DNA of 62,809 bases, counting the filler, from Bipalium vagum (taxonomy: Eukaryota): the NCBI GenBank assembly GCA_037834085.1. It is 3 parts of 3 records of this genome, joined end to end, with 100 filler letters (N's around TTAATTAATTAA, not from the genome) between each part and the next. Parts side by side here need not be neighbours in the genome. Positions count along the whole stretch, not along the records: positions 1 to 20,943 come from JBBMKC010244147.1; positions 21,044 to 40,506 come from JBBMKC010002791.1; 1 more part is not named here. One strand, written 5' to 3'. A program made the translations under genes and the position numbers. The notes under the pieces were generated by a model, which did no database searches, was not told the origin of the DNA, and saw nothing but the letters and a program-made list of their open reading frames with translations. Below, piece after piece: positions 14,701 through 28,400 of the stretch (within the stretch, counting starts at the first letter, position 1; each line of letters begins with the position of its first letter).

Positions 14701-17700
14701 AATTAAATTTTTTCATTTTTATATAATACTACCAAGAAAAATAAGCTAAGTAAACATTTTTATAAAATAGTTGAGAATTTATTTATAAACTAAGATATAA
14801 AATACAAATAACATTAGATAACATGAAAACTATCTCTGCTTGAGCAACAGATATAAATCAATTAAGTCTTGATACATTGATCATTTACTAATCTCTTACT
14901 TTGTGAACATATTATATATTTACTTTATATTATAATGGGGGAGATCTTTCATTTGTGTTTATTCAAAATATTGTATAATATTTGGTTTTGTCCATGTACT
15001 TTGTCATAAATATTGATATACTTTGTGAATTAATTCAATTTAATGTAATTAATAGTTTGATCTAATTGTGATTTATTGAATTAATGTTAGAACTTTAAAT
15101 TTTTGATATTTGTAAATGAAAAGTTTATTTGAGAAAATTTTTACCCAGAGTTAATAAAATGAACAAATAAAGATAAGTTTAAAACAAAGTTAATATTAAA
15201 ATTTGAAATGGAATTAAAAAATATAAATAAAGCTGGAAGATTCAGTATTGAAAAAGATTTATTTTTTTGAAATCAATAAAGTAAATGAATTAAGATTTTT
15301 CGAACTATTTAAATAGATATAATAGCAGACAGTGAAATATTAGAATAGTTAAAGTCAATAAGATATAAAAATCAACAAAAACTGACCTGCAGATATAAAT
15401 TATTTTTAAAAAAGATTTGCGAATAAAAATGCAAGTTAAGTCTTATTTTAATTTGAAAGTGAAGTTGACTATTGATTGAAAAATTATTAATTGATTTTAA
15501 AAAGTTATAAATAAATTGATATTGTTGACTGAAGCTTGATTTATAACTAAATTTAACTTTTTAAACTTGATTTTAAATTTGATATACAAGTAAAATTGAT
15601 TTAAAAGATAAATTCTAAAAGGTTGGCTTGAGAGTTTTGTTAGGTGCGATATCAACAAAATCAGTCATTGTTTGAACAATGTATTTCTGAATGCTTTTTA
15701 AAACAATAATACTTAAGAAAATTTTCTATCCTTAATATATTGTGCCATTATATATTAAAATTCATTTCAATAAAAATTCTTTTAAAATAAATATTAAAAT
15801 TAAAATTTAATTAAATAAAAATTTAAATTAGGCACAATATAAAAATTTAAAAACTAGAAATAAGTTTAAATACTCACCAGTTGATTGATAATCGCTTTTG
15901 AAAATACAACTTTACTTGATTTTGAAAATAACGTATGAATATTATTTTAGCTTGAAAAATTGGTAATCGATTGAAAAGAAAACAATTAATATTTTTGTTT
16001 GAAAGATAATTGATCACTGATTTTCTTGAAACCATAATTGAACGTTTATTGTGGTTCTAAGAGAAATGAGAACAAATAAAATGTGTGGACCCTGTTATAG
16101 GAAGCTCTTGTACACTATATTCTATTTACTACTGTAGTAAGCATCAATTATTATTGATTAATTAATTCATGAATTTGATTAAATTGGAATTTTTTCAGAT
16201 AAGTCTGATAATGTTGGGTAATTTAAATAAATTATGAGGTCATGCATATCATTATAATCAATGATCATTAAAAAATGTTTTCAATAAAGCGCATATGTTA
16301 TAATATTTTTTAAAATGTCATAAACATGTGAGCAATGGAAACTTATCAATAAAACTAATATTAGTTAAAGCGACAATTTGAAACGTATTAAAAATTAATC
16401 TTGTTTTAATCTACAACACACTTCATGGTAAAAATAACCAATGTTATTGATAAATCATCAAAAAATTTAAAGTTTTTCAAAAAATTAAAATCAATAAAAA
16501 TGACATTTGCAATTCGTCAGAAAACTTGGTGTGATAATCTAAAAAATGTCTGAAAGGCTCAGATATTTTCCGATATCATCTTCATTCTTTTCAACTGTAA
16601 TAAATATTTAATTCAAGATGACATGGTAAAATTAACAGTATTGTGTCAGGTATTTAATTTATACGGTTTACTTAACTCTTAATCAATTTACTAATAAATC
16701 TCAGTTCTGCATAAATGAATGCAATAAACAAATAAAAGCGATAAGAAACGATATCTATCTCCTCTCTCGAATAGAAAGATTTGCAAAGTATTTTGTGAAC
16801 AAAAGAATTAATATTCTTCGTACTGATTATTTTATTAGTTTTTCTTTAACAGAAATTTGTTTATAATTAATGAAAAATATTATTCTAAAGATTATCATTA
16901 CAATATTATTATCAATATTGCTATTAATATTAATATTATTATATTTAATATATATATAAATTTTATTTTTTATTATTGTTTTTAGTGAGATTCTCTGTAT
17001 GAAAAATATTAAATAAAAATAATTAAGTTAGAAAAATTTTAATAAATTATTTTTTATTAATATATAAAAATGTACGAGACCAAATCTGATTTTCTAAACC
17101 AAACACCAGTTGATTAATCTTTTAATTATCTTCAGACTATTGGATTTTACAAATTGAGTGTTGATTTAGATATATGTTTATGTATATATAATATATTTTT
17201 GAATGAAAATCAAATGGAGCATTATTTTTTTTATTATTGATTTATTTTTATTCAAGTTTATATTAATTACTTGGAAATTATTTACTTACAAATCCAATTT
17301 TTATAACTATTCTCTTTTTCATACAGAAATATTAATAATTAAAATTTTCTAAATTGTTTATTTTTATCAAAAAAATCAATGTTAAAGTAAATATAAAATA
17401 AAATCTTCAAATCTCAACAAACTAAAAAAGAGGTAATTAAAAATTATAAATTGCAAAATAATTTAGAAAAATAAAATATTAAAATGAAAATTGAAAAAAA
17501 TCTATTCTAATCTCAGTCATAAATATATTTATGTTTTTAGGAGATAAAATTATTTTTTCTCCAAAAATTTATTAATTGTATAAAAAATTTCCAGTTAAAT
17601 CAAGCATACAAATCTTTATAAAAATTATTTCTGTGAAAAATAAGTTAAATAACAGAAAAATTAATTTAGAAATCTTATTTAATTTCTGCTTTGTTTTATT

Positions 17701-18174
17701 AAATCTAATTTGCAAAAAATTATTAAATCATCTCCATAATTCATAAAAATAAACCGTAAAATATATAATATCGTTTATTAATATTTTTATTATAACATCA
17801 ACAATAATTATTCAATTTATTTATTTTCTCCGAAATTAAATGATTTTTCTTTCAATAACAATGACTTTTTTGTTATTATTTCATTTTATTAAAAAAAATT
17901 AATAATATCAATTTAATTATAAATAATAATAATAATAAATATTGAAATCGATTCAAACAAAATATGCATAGAATTAAAACACATTTCTTTTTAGACATCA
18001 GCTTTTCATAATGAAATAAAATAATAAAAATAATCTTTTTTTCCCAATGTTCTTATTGAAAATGCAGAGATGGTACGTTTTAAACAAATTAAAAATATTC
18101 TCAAAACTAAATAAGAGAATAAAAAGTTAAAATTTTACTGAAAACATTTATAAAATTTTATCGTGCAACGGAAA

Positions 18175-19650
18175 TTAACATCGATGCATATCTCCTTTCA
18201 TAATTCGTAAAAAAGTACGCTTGAACTGTATGTTAGCTAATGCGTAGCAGAAAGGGTTTATTGGGGAATTCATGTAGCAAAGCCAGTAAGAAATATTGTA
18301 TAGGTGTTCGTTCACGCAACTGGTTTTGAGAATGATATCATCACAGAAACCTTTGATCAATACAAGAACATGGTATGGAGTCCAACAAACTAAAAATGCA
18401 CCCAAAATTAAACTAATGGTTCGAAAAGCTTTTCTTGCTCGATTTTCTGAACGGGAAATCGTTTTGTTCTTTTTGGGTCGTTTTACAAATTTATTATAAT
18501 AAGGTTTTTTCAATACGCCCATCAGAGAAGAGCTTAAAACTGCACTTATACTTTGATTGGGATTTCCCGGACCAGATTCGGAATCGGTAACATAAGTTAC
18601 ACCAAGTTTATTCGGAAATTTGCTTGGTTCATGAGACTGGGATTCCGTATTTTGACCTGACGATTCTGCTTGATTTTCATCTTTTTCCTTCGGTCGCAAT
18701 CTCATTTCTTCATCATCAATATAATCAATGGATTTGACATATTCTGGAGAACCATAGATTTTGTTTGGATAAATATCATTAGCGTGTTTATTCATGATTT
18801 CATTTTGAACCGGTACATAGGTATTTGAAGAACATGGGTGTTTTTCGGCCTGTAGATAGTCTACTGATTCCTTATGGCCATGGATTTCCGAATCATTGTT
18901 ATTCCAGTTGACCCCTACACCAATCCTAGACATTGTTTGTCCAGCCATTGCCATGAGAGTTGTCATTTTCTTGTGTCTCTCATCAGATTTCTTTTGCAAA
19001 TTACATGCCACATTATATATTCCATAGTAAAGAAAGAGCATCACAAAAAGTGGCATCCAGAAATAGCCAACGGTCAAAAGAGTGTTGAAAACCGGTTGAG
19101 ACACAAATTCAGCAAAGCATTCATTGATCAAGCGCTTTCGTTTCGTGAAAAGCGGCCATCCAAGAATTGCTGTGAAAAATAAAATAGACGGAAAAAGCCA
19201 GGCCACGGCAACCATTATGATAACTTTGCATCCCGTTCTCCATGATCGATATATATTGGGTATTTTTACTGAGCAATATCGATCCACTGTAATTGATAGA
19301 ACGGTAAATTGAGAGGTTAAGCAGGCTGTGTAATCAAGTGATAACCACAAGTCACAGAGAAATTGCCCCAGTGGCCAACAACCAAGAAGTAAATAGGCTG
19401 TGAACAAATTCATTGAAAAAAGACCAATTAATAAATCTGTGGCAGCTAAAGAAACAATGAAATAATTTCCCACCACCCGTAGTTTTTTTTCTAATGCAAA
19501 AGCTGTTATAACAAGGATATTACCAGCAATTGTAATGACGCTAGCCGATATCGTTAGGGCCGTGGCAATCACTGTCCATTTCATTGGGTATGCTATGGTA
19601 CTGCAAAGGGAGTCTGTGATATTTGAGAAAGTTTCTGATTGATTTATCAT
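18175..19650 (-). CDS. Muscarinic acetylcholine receptor, B-type/GAR-like rhodopsin GPCR, 491 aa, single coding exon
   Basis: Seven hydrophobic segments. GNILV (TM1), SLAATDLLIG (TM2), CDLWLSLDYTAC..DRY (TM3 Asp), long third intracellular loop ending SRSENRARKAFRTISLILG, CWTPYH (TM6), YWLCYMNSPINPFCYALAN (TM7). Confidence 0.95.
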   Translation of the reverse strand: MINQSETFSNITDSLCSTIAYPMKWTVIATALTISASVITIAGNILVITAFALEKKLRVVGNYFIVSLAATDLLIGLFSMNLFTAYLLLGCWPLGQFLCDLWLSLDYTACLTSQFTVLSITVDRYCSVKIPNIYRSWRTGCKVIIMVAVAWLFPSILFFTAILGWPLFTKRKRLINECFAEFVSQPVFNTLLTVGYFWMPLFVMLFLYYGIYNVACNLQKKSDERHKKMTTLMAMAGQTMSRIGVGVNWNNNDSEIHGHKESVDYLQAEKHPCSSNTYVPVQNEIMNKHANDIYPNKIYGSPEYVKSIDYIDDEEMRLRPKEKDENQAESSGQNTESQSHEPSKFPNKLGVTYVTDSESGPGNPNQSISAVLSSSLMGVLKKPYYNKFVKRPKKNKTISRSENRARKAFRTISLILGAFLVCWTPYHVLVLIKGFCDDIILKTSCVNEHLYNISYWLCYMNSPINPFCYALANIQFKRTFLRIMKGDMHRC

Positions 19651-20249
19651 CTCTAAAATTAGAAAATATTCAAATAAATTTTAATTTATTCTAATATAAT
19701 TCAGATATTTTTGCAGAATATTGTATTAGAATGTTAAGTTAGAGTGAAGAGAAGATTTATTTAATTTACTACGAAATATGTGAAAAGAAAATCATCAAAA
19801 ATTCTTTTCCTTGTGATAACTGGGTTTGTAATTCTTACTCAAAATATTGATTGAATATTTTATTTAATTTGACATTTTTAATTATTTTTGTATAAATTAA
19901 CGAAATTGCTTTTAATGAATATTAATTTTACATTTGATTTCTACTCACACGATAATATACATATGTTTTTGTTTTAATTGATGTATTTCAATAATTCGAT
20001 TGTTTTTATCTTTGCTAATACGGATGCAAATTGATAACTGCAATGAAACAAAATGATTAAGTACAAATATATTTCTTTTAAATTGCTTTTTAAGAAAATT
20101 ATTGAATAGAGTCCAACTTAACGTTTTTATTATTATATCATTATTATTTATATTATATATAATAATTATATATATATTATTATTTTATTATTAGTATTAT
20201 TATTATTATTATATATTTTTATATTGTTAATTAAATCATTATATTTGTT

Positions 20250-20930
20250 ATTATATTATTGCCAGTATATGATTTTCAATCCCTTTTATGCAAAAGTTTT
20301 GATCTTTGAAGTCTAAAAACAGGAGTATACCGTTTCTTGATAAATTCTTAATTTTGAAATATATTACCGGAAAGGAGATGCTGCATCGACCGGAATAATT
20401 GATAGTCAAATGATGCCATATCTGGGAAATTAAAAGGACGAGGGAAACATTATTCACGTTCCCTAAATGTCTGGACGGTCACTTTTTCGGTATGCGATCA
20501 AGCGTTAACTTGGTACAGAATAGCGCCTTTTTATTGGTCAATGAAGGATGTTTAGGTGGAATAGTATCCTTTAATTGTATTAATTGTTCGCAAAAGGTCT
20601 GCCGTAATTGTTCCATGAAGATTCCATGACTTTCCATCAAAAGCTAAGTAATGCCCTTTTCTATTCATATTCAGTTTGAGCGTTGTTTTTGAAGTTTTGG
20701 TTGACGAGAGCCAATGTCTTTTTCGTTTAGGGTTGTCGTACTGAATTTATTTCTCATCACAAGTGACAATTCCATTGAAAAGTGAGTGTCCTGTTGAATA
20801 AGCATTGAATTGTTTATTTATATTCTTCGCATTTTGTCATTTTAGTTAAAGATGCAACACTTAATAATAATGCACGGACAACTGCATATAACACCATCAG
20901 CTTCACATCATATATAGCATCGCTGCTATC
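20250..20930 (-). mobile_element. Highly degenerate mariner transposase remnant
   Basis: Minus strand reads PFNFPDMASFDYQLFRSMQHLLSGNIFQN...KDQNFCIKGIEN, matching mariner PYSPDLAPSDYHLFRSLQ...FYxxGIxxL. Confidence 0.75.
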
Positions 20931-20943
20931 ATACATCAAAAAA

Positions 20944-21043
20944 NNNNNNNNNNNNNNNNNNNNNNNNNNNNNNNNNNNNNNNNNNNNTTAATTAATTAAN
21001 NNNNNNNNNNNNNNNNNNNNNNNNNNNNNNNNNNNNNNNNNNN
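20944..21043. other. Assembly gap with artificial spacer
   Basis: 44 N + TTAATTAATTAA + 44 N = exactly 100 bp. The 12-mer has stops in all six frames. Confidence 0.97.
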
Positions 21044-21161
21044 CAATTTAGCTTATTTAAACACATTTTATTTAAATAATTGTTAAATTATTTAACTTTA
21101 TTACCAAAATTACAAATTTGTGGATTTTTTAAAGAGGTGGACAATTCGTTGGACCAAACTG
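21044..21161. mobile_element. Terminal fragment of a Tc1-like element running into the gap
   Basis: GGTGGACAATTCGTTGGACCAAACTG followed by TA. It is the inverted copy of CAGTTTGGTCCAACGAATAGTCCACC at 40411. Confidence 0.75.
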
Positions 21162-21716
21162 TATATTACTTAAACAAAATTATATTTTTTGCATTAAATA
21201 ATACAAAAAGATTTCAAAATAATGCAAAATGTGCGATAAAATGCAAAAAATGCATTTGGTTACCCTAATTATTATTATTATTTACATTAATATTATTAAT
21301 GGGTATTATTTTGTTTATTAACATTATTGCCTGCCTATCAAAAACGAACTCCCACAATTTAAAGTGTACTACTGTCTTTTAACTAATTTTATTTTTTTAT
21401 AATATTTAATATTATCAAATAATTTCAAATTAAATATTTATTATAATTGACTTTAAAACAAGAGTGAAAAATTTTTTTACATTACATTTTAATTACACTT
21501 TGATTTTCAGTTCAAGAGTCAATTTTATTTTAAAATAATAAATAATTTTATGATTTTATTTATTATTAAAACAATTGAAAATAAAGAGAGAATTTTGTTT
21601 TCACAATAATAATTTATTATTTTTTTTCTGAAAAATATATAAATTAATAAAAAGAATTAATATAATAAAAAAATATAACAATAATAATACGATGAAAATA
21701 ATAATAAGCAAATTAA

Positions 21717-22339
21717 AATCGACGGTTTACACAACGAATTAAAATAAAAAAAAATAATAAAATTATTTTTAAAAATTTCATACATTATTTGATTTATATT
21801 TAGTAAATGGCGTTGTCATGGATTCATATCTATATGAATGGATGTGGAGACAAAATATTCAATCGAAGTATTGCCAATCGATTTTTTACTAAATAAACAA
21901 TTATCTTTTTTGACCGCTCATTCAATCAAGGGTACTGTTTTACTTTAACAACCCTGTGTTATTACACAGTGTCATAACACAGGGTTATTTTCAGATTTTA
22001 TTTTATATAGATCATTTATGTTGTTGAAGTAAAATAGAACCTAATTATGTCATACAAATCAATTTTTTAATATGGTTTCTTTGAAATGATAACGGGTTGG
22101 AGAGCACAGCAAAGCTTATATGGTTCTATTTTACTATCACAACATTAATATCTATATAAAATAAAATCTGAAAATAACCCTGTGTTATCAATGGTCTGCT
22201 TATAACACAGGGTTGTTAAAGTAAAATATTACCCAATCAAGTAATAATTTTGACCGAATCTGTCAAAAAAATATAATAAAAAAATTATACCAATAAAATT
22301 TAAATGTCTTTCTGATTTCAAGCTATGTAAACCGTCGGT
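21717..22339. mobile_element. Putative TTAA-flanked (piggyBac-like) non-autonomous element
   Basis: TTAA-AATCGACGGTTTACACAAC at the left and GCTATGTAAACCGTCGGT-TTAA at the right form imperfect TIRs bounded by TTAA. Confidence 0.5.
21931..22233. mobile_element. 303-bp foldback MITE with 8-bp TSD (Merlin-like)
   Basis: About 110-bp imperfect TIRs beginning GGTA and ending TACC. Direct repeat CAATCAAG on both sides (21923-21930, 22234-22241). Confidence 0.88.
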
Positions 22340-22461
22340 TTAACAAATAATAATATTATTATTTATTATTATTATAAATATCCTTTCTTTTCAACTATGG
22401 AGAAGGCAATGTTTTATTCAATATTTCACTAAATTAAAGCACAAAATAATAAAAACATATA

Positions 22462-25400
22462 TTAGTTGAAAAATATTTGTCTAGCTTGAACGGGTTCTAA
22501 GTTGCAGTAGGGACATCGTATCAATTTATCACCACAAATCTCACAAATCGTATGACCACATTCGAAAACAGAATCGACCTCTCTAAATAGACAGATTCCG
22601 CAAACCTTAATCAATATTAATCAAGACGAAAACCAATAAGTTATACCCTCTTTTCTATCTCAATTTCTCTCACAACAACTATTTTTTCTCTTTCCACAAT
22701 CTTTTCCTTTTCGATGATTTTTTCTCTAATAAAATTTGACTCTTTGCTCTGTTTATTTTTGAATAACAATTCAATTTCATTTCTGGTATCAATTGAACAG
22801 CACAATTCTAAGGCCCTTTCTCTTTTCGACGTTTCATGGTAAATGTTGCCCCCTCCAAAAATTATGGCCTTGATGGCATTTTGGTACATTGACCGTTTTT
22901 TGTTCTAAATAAAACTTTGAAAATTATCTCACATGGCAACGCCAAAAGTATTACGTCACAATCACCTGACATTTTCGCAAACAATTGCATCAGAGCAGTA
23001 CGACCTTCATTGTCTTCATTATCCAATTGGTCCGTTTCAAATATCAGCTGCTGTGCAATGTCCATCGAATCGTTGTCAATGGCAACTTGTAAAGGAGTTT
23101 GTTTTTTCTCATTTCTCAAATTTGTATATTTGTTTTTGTTTTTCTTCGATTCGATGATCTTTTCGCAAAATTTGAATTTCTTTTCGCTCAATAATCTCGT
23201 TAAAAGTGTTTCTCCACATTGGAAACATTGAGGACAGTTGATGGCAATATTAAATAAATAATCGAAACTGTCTTCATCATCAACTTTTGCTAAGCGATAC
23301 AAAGACAGCTCTAAAGCAATTTGTTGTACACTGCTACTGGCATTGATAATGAGAGATTTTAAAGTATTTGTGCAGTCATGTTGCAGAGCTGTTTCCAGAA
23401 TTTCCGTAGTAATAATCGATTTCAGATGATCTTTGGGAATCATTTTCATTAGGGCCTCGAAGAATTGGAAAAAGTGGTTTTCCAGACTGATTCTCAAAAG
23501 ACTTTCGCCAAGCTCAAATAATTGAACCCATTGTGGTGGTAGAAGTGCAAGAAGTAATCTGAAAAATTTTTCAATCAATATTTATTCACCTGTTTCACCT
23601 CACAGGTACCATGTGCAGAATTATACAGACAATTTTTTACGTTTCATAACGCTGTTATTTCAAATATTTTACTCTCAAAACAAGGGGCGCATAAATCAGA
23701 ATTTAATAAACATGTGTTCTGTTAATGTCCTCCTCATCAATAATTAATAAAAGATTTTTAATGTTAACAATAATTTGTTTTTGAGGGGGTTCCGTTAAAT
23801 AATAAAAACAAACAAACTTTTCATCATGAAATCTTAACCCAGTATGGAAGATTGAATCATTCCCTTTTGAACATTTATTAAGGTCACATCCGGAAAGGAC
23901 AAGTAAATTTACAATTTCGATAATTGTCTCCTTTTTCTAGGAAGAAAATAAATGCCAGCACAAATTCATAAATATTACATCAATAAACGTTTGTAGATCC
24001 AAGCTGGTTAGCAATTCAAAAATGGGTGTATTTCCTTGTTTATTGACAGAATTGAGATTACCACCTGCTTCTACCAAAGTCCGACAAGACTCAATGTTTA
24101 AACGTTTTACAGCTATATGGAGCAAAGAATTTCCATCTCCATCGGAACTATTGACATTTTTTTCATCCAATGCTTCCAGAAAACAAGTATAAAATGTTGG
24201 GCTGATTTTTGCACACAAAGTCAATGGATTCTCTCTTTGAGAAAGTTGAAACGCATTGTTTAAAATCGGAGGGTTGGCAGAGGTTTCAAGAAACTGAAAA
24301 GGAAAATAAATTGAAATATCACTGGGCTACTATTAATATTATTGTTATTAGGTTGCTCAAAAAATGTCGTTTTTGTCTTATTCCTTCATAGGACATTATT
24401 TTAACAATTTAACTTTTGCTTTAAAGGTTATATTACACATCATTTTAGGGTGCATATTTATATCTATGTTTGTTTGGATATAACTTTTTATTTTTTGTTA
24501 AAATAATGTGTTTAATAATAAGAGAACTTAGTATGGAAAAGAAAGAAAAATGCTACAACTTTCTTCCACTCAAATCAAAGGTTTATTTATGAAAGCCACC
24601 TTTCCGGAGGAAATCTCGTGTTTCTTCTGTATTCATCATCAGATTGGATATTAGATACGAACAGCCTTTCAATTACAAGAATCTTACAAAGAGCATTTCG
24701 ACCGTTCATTACCTAGTCATCTCGTGCAACCCGGTTCTTACACTAGGGTTTTCTATGACTTTAAATATTTGCAAAACCTTTTTGAAAAAAAAATTTTTCA
24801 GAGATGAGAATGATGCCAAAAAGCCTTCCAGAACTCCGTAATTTTACTTAACGGACATAAATAAATCACTCATGTTGGCTAAAGTGTGTTAAATCGAATC
24901 ATTCTTATTTCGATTGATTAACCAACTAATAAAAATTATCAAAAATGTTATTTAAATAAAAACAAACATTATAGATTTAAAGTAATTTATTTAAACAATT
25001 TTTTTTGTACAGGAAAATATACTGGATCTCATTTGATATAGCTTCAGCATTTTATCTTTGTTTTAAATGATTAATTTAATCTCAAATTAATATTAATATT
25101 TAGTGTTACTTTTGTAACTGTATAATATATGAATTAAATTTAACGAAAGTGTTCACTAAGGTCACTACATTTCCTAAAAACGCTCGCTAATTAAAAAAAT
25201 CACATTGTAAGTCTGGATTCTAAAACAATTGTACAATATAAGAAATATTAAATTCATAAATATACTGATGAGCAATTTTTTGACAATAGTTGAAATTAGT
25301 CATATTCAAAAATATGTAAACTTTTTAATGAAATAAAATTATGTATATTAAAAGTATTAAATATTGAAATAATTTTTAAGTTAAATAAATTATTAATTGT

Positions 25401-28400
25401 TTAAATATTCAATTAAATTATGTGCAACTGTTCAAATTTATTGACAACAATATCAGATTTTAATTGTAACTTTTTATTTCATTAAACGAGGACTTATTAT
25501 GAATCTTTATGACCTTTTAGAAGCCGTTTAGTCAAAGTAATTGTTTATAATGGACTGACATCGATAAATAGCTACGTGTCGTTCTTTTTTCTAAATGTTG
25601 TCAATAATTATGCTCACCTAAAATTAAAAAAATTCTGAAATAGAAATTTAAAATTCATAAATTTAACCTAAAATTGTGTGAAATCAATATTTAACATAAT
25701 TATTTGCGTAAAAGTATTTTTGAAAAATTATCTACATTCATAAAATTGACATTTCAAGTGTTGTGAAAAATTTTATATATAATAATAATAAAATTAATAA
25801 TAGTTTTGAAAAAGATGTAATTATAAATAACAGTTTTTACAATTACTACTTACTTTCATGTATTGAGTGCAATCTGCTCCTTTTTTAATTAGCTGATCAC
25901 AAAGCTCCTCGCATTCACGCATAATGGCACAATGTAGAGCAGTCTGACCATTCTAAGACAATAATATCCAGATGGTAATTTCTTTCAAAACAAATGCTCA
26001 CGAATCCCATTTCATTGATATTCTCAACATCATCAATCAAATATCGACAATGGTCAATCATTCCATTTAAAATGGCTTCTTTCAGTGGACTGAGCAAATA
26101 CTAAACCAGATCCATAAGCCAAACTCGATTCTAAGGATTTATTTACTTACCAAATTTGTTGTATTGTAATTAACGTTGAACTTTCCAAGAGCTACCAAAC
26201 AATCTTCATGACATAGAGCGATAGCCAACGCAAAAGCTGTCCCCAAAATCTAAAACGAAATTCTCACATGTGAATAATTTCATAAGATTTCATTCACTTC
26301 ATGATTGTGATTGGGATTGACTAGATTTTCACTCAAAATGTATTCAACCATGTCTGGATCATTGTCACAAACAGCTGTATGCAAAATGGTTAGATTTGCC
26401 TTCAAAAAAACGAAATAATAAAATATAGTAGCCGAAAATTTGGCACAGTACTTTTTCTCGGTATTTCAGCAATTTTTCTCTGCTCAGTATTGATCCATAA
26501 ATATCATAGTGGGTTTTATTCAAAGCAACTTTCTTAGCCTTCAACAATGTCTAAAGGTAAACAAAATCGTAACTAAGACAAAAATCATATTTAGAAATCT
26601 TCTTACATCATCATCGATTATACTTTTTCTCAATATTTCTTGTATAAACCCATAACTACCGTACTCTGCTGCCACCTCCAAAAACGAACACGGAATCTTC
26701 AGAAAAATCAATGATAAAATTCATATGTAAATATAAATATATAAAGGTTGTTTCGAAAAGAAAACAGCGCTTTTTGAAAATTTTCTGAATAAAGCAAAGA
26801 TTTGGTAGAATAATTGGTACTTTAGGTGTGCCATTACGGGAATCTCCGCTCTTTCTAGTCTCGGTATTAGTTCAATTTACTGAATCATGTCTGGAAAATT
26901 GTTATTAAAGTAAATCCGTGCAAAAATGGTTCCTCATCCAATAACAGATGATCATTAGGTCCATAGATTAAAATCTCCACCAATTTTACTTAGAAATCTA
27001 AACATTCATACTATAGTCATTGATTCTTGACCTTTTCAGTAGGATAATTCATACAGAATGGGAACATATTGATGACCGACAAACAATTGGGAGAAGAACA
27101 ATAATGAAGTTTCAAATAATTTTTACCTGAAATTTTGAGGTGATTTCCGATTTCAAGTTTTTAAAGCGTTACCAATCTTTAATTGCTGAAAAGGTAATAA
27201 TTAAAACCTTACTGTGACAATACTTATTCCCATATGACTAGAATGACACAGGACTTCTGTTAAAAGCTTTGAATTAAAATTCCAAAGCAACCACCTTGCT
27301 CTCCAGAAGCAGACTTATTGAACAGATTTTTGACCATAAATATAAAATTCGTCAGAAGAAAACCACGATTTCCGAAAATTAATCCTCTCTCTGAATAACT
27401 GTTTTATTTCAAGAAAAATAAAACGACAAAATTGAAACTGTTGACAGAGCTTGAAGGCCTGACAAATCACGTCAAGAAGAAAAGCAAGAAGCACGTGGAT
27501 TACATCTAACTGCTTGTGTTTCTATAAATATCAGGTTATTCAAAAGTTATTCATGTTTTTTGTTATTTAAAGTTCTTGTTTTACCATATAATTTAATAAG
27601 AATATTTATAGGAAATCTTTGACATCACTTAAAAGCCCTTGAAAAGGAGAATGTAATTACATTTTAAAAGTTAAATTTAGAAAATTCCATTCATTTATTT
27701 CTACAGTTAAAATGATGGAAGAAAAATCAGTAATTCGGATGTTATTACATAATTATTGGAAAAAAGATCTCTATCAGCTACAGCTGTAACTTGAGAAATT
27801 TGCGACGTAGAAGACAAGGATGTGCTCAAGGAAAATACGGCTCAGTGATGGTTTTGTTATTTTAATAAGAGAGATACCGGTCTTGAAGACCAGGAACGTT
27901 CAGGTGGTGAATTAGAAATAGTTTTGTACCATAGTAGAGCAGTATCCCATTACAAGTACCCGAAGACTGTCACAGGAGCTCAAGCATTCTCAAAGCACCA
28001 TAGTTCGTGATCTGCAGAGGATGAGTTTTGTAAATAAAAATCCACTCCAAGTTTCCCTCAAATTGACATTTGTAATGATGGAGACGCTTTGGTTTAGAAG
28101 AAAAGCAAAAAATTGAATAACCGATTTCTTTGCCTCAAAAAACGGCATGGTATCGTCATGGAATTAAGCAATTGGCAGAAATATGCCCTTGAGTTAGAGA
28201 AACTGATGGATTATATTTCGAGGATTAATGTGATCTGTATTAAAAAAAATTGTAAATAAAGTATTAGCTGAAAAACATGAATAACGTTTGACTCAACCTG
28301 GTAGTTCAGTTGGATATTTTGAATATTATATATAAGTTTATAAAAGGCGCTGCTTTTGTGAAACAACCTATATATGCCATAAATATATATATAGATGAAT

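Noticed and set aside
18296-19312. Plus-strand ORFs overlapping the GPCR (and similar antisense ORFs at 22917-23231, 38767-39337, 41887-42108, 55470-55883)
   Set aside because: Antisense shadows of real coding sequence with no motifs of their own.
20988-20999. Palindromic TTAATTAATTAA between N runs (also 40551-40562)
   Set aside because: Identical 44N-12-44N structure at both gaps. It is an artificial all-frame-stop scaffolding linker, not biology.
22862-22960. Apparent frameshift between ORFs 22862-23578 and 22641-22889, or a 28-nt micro-intron
   Set aside because: A normal 50-nt phase-0 GT-AG intron (GTAATAC...TTTAG) restores the frame. The 28-nt option is out of phase.
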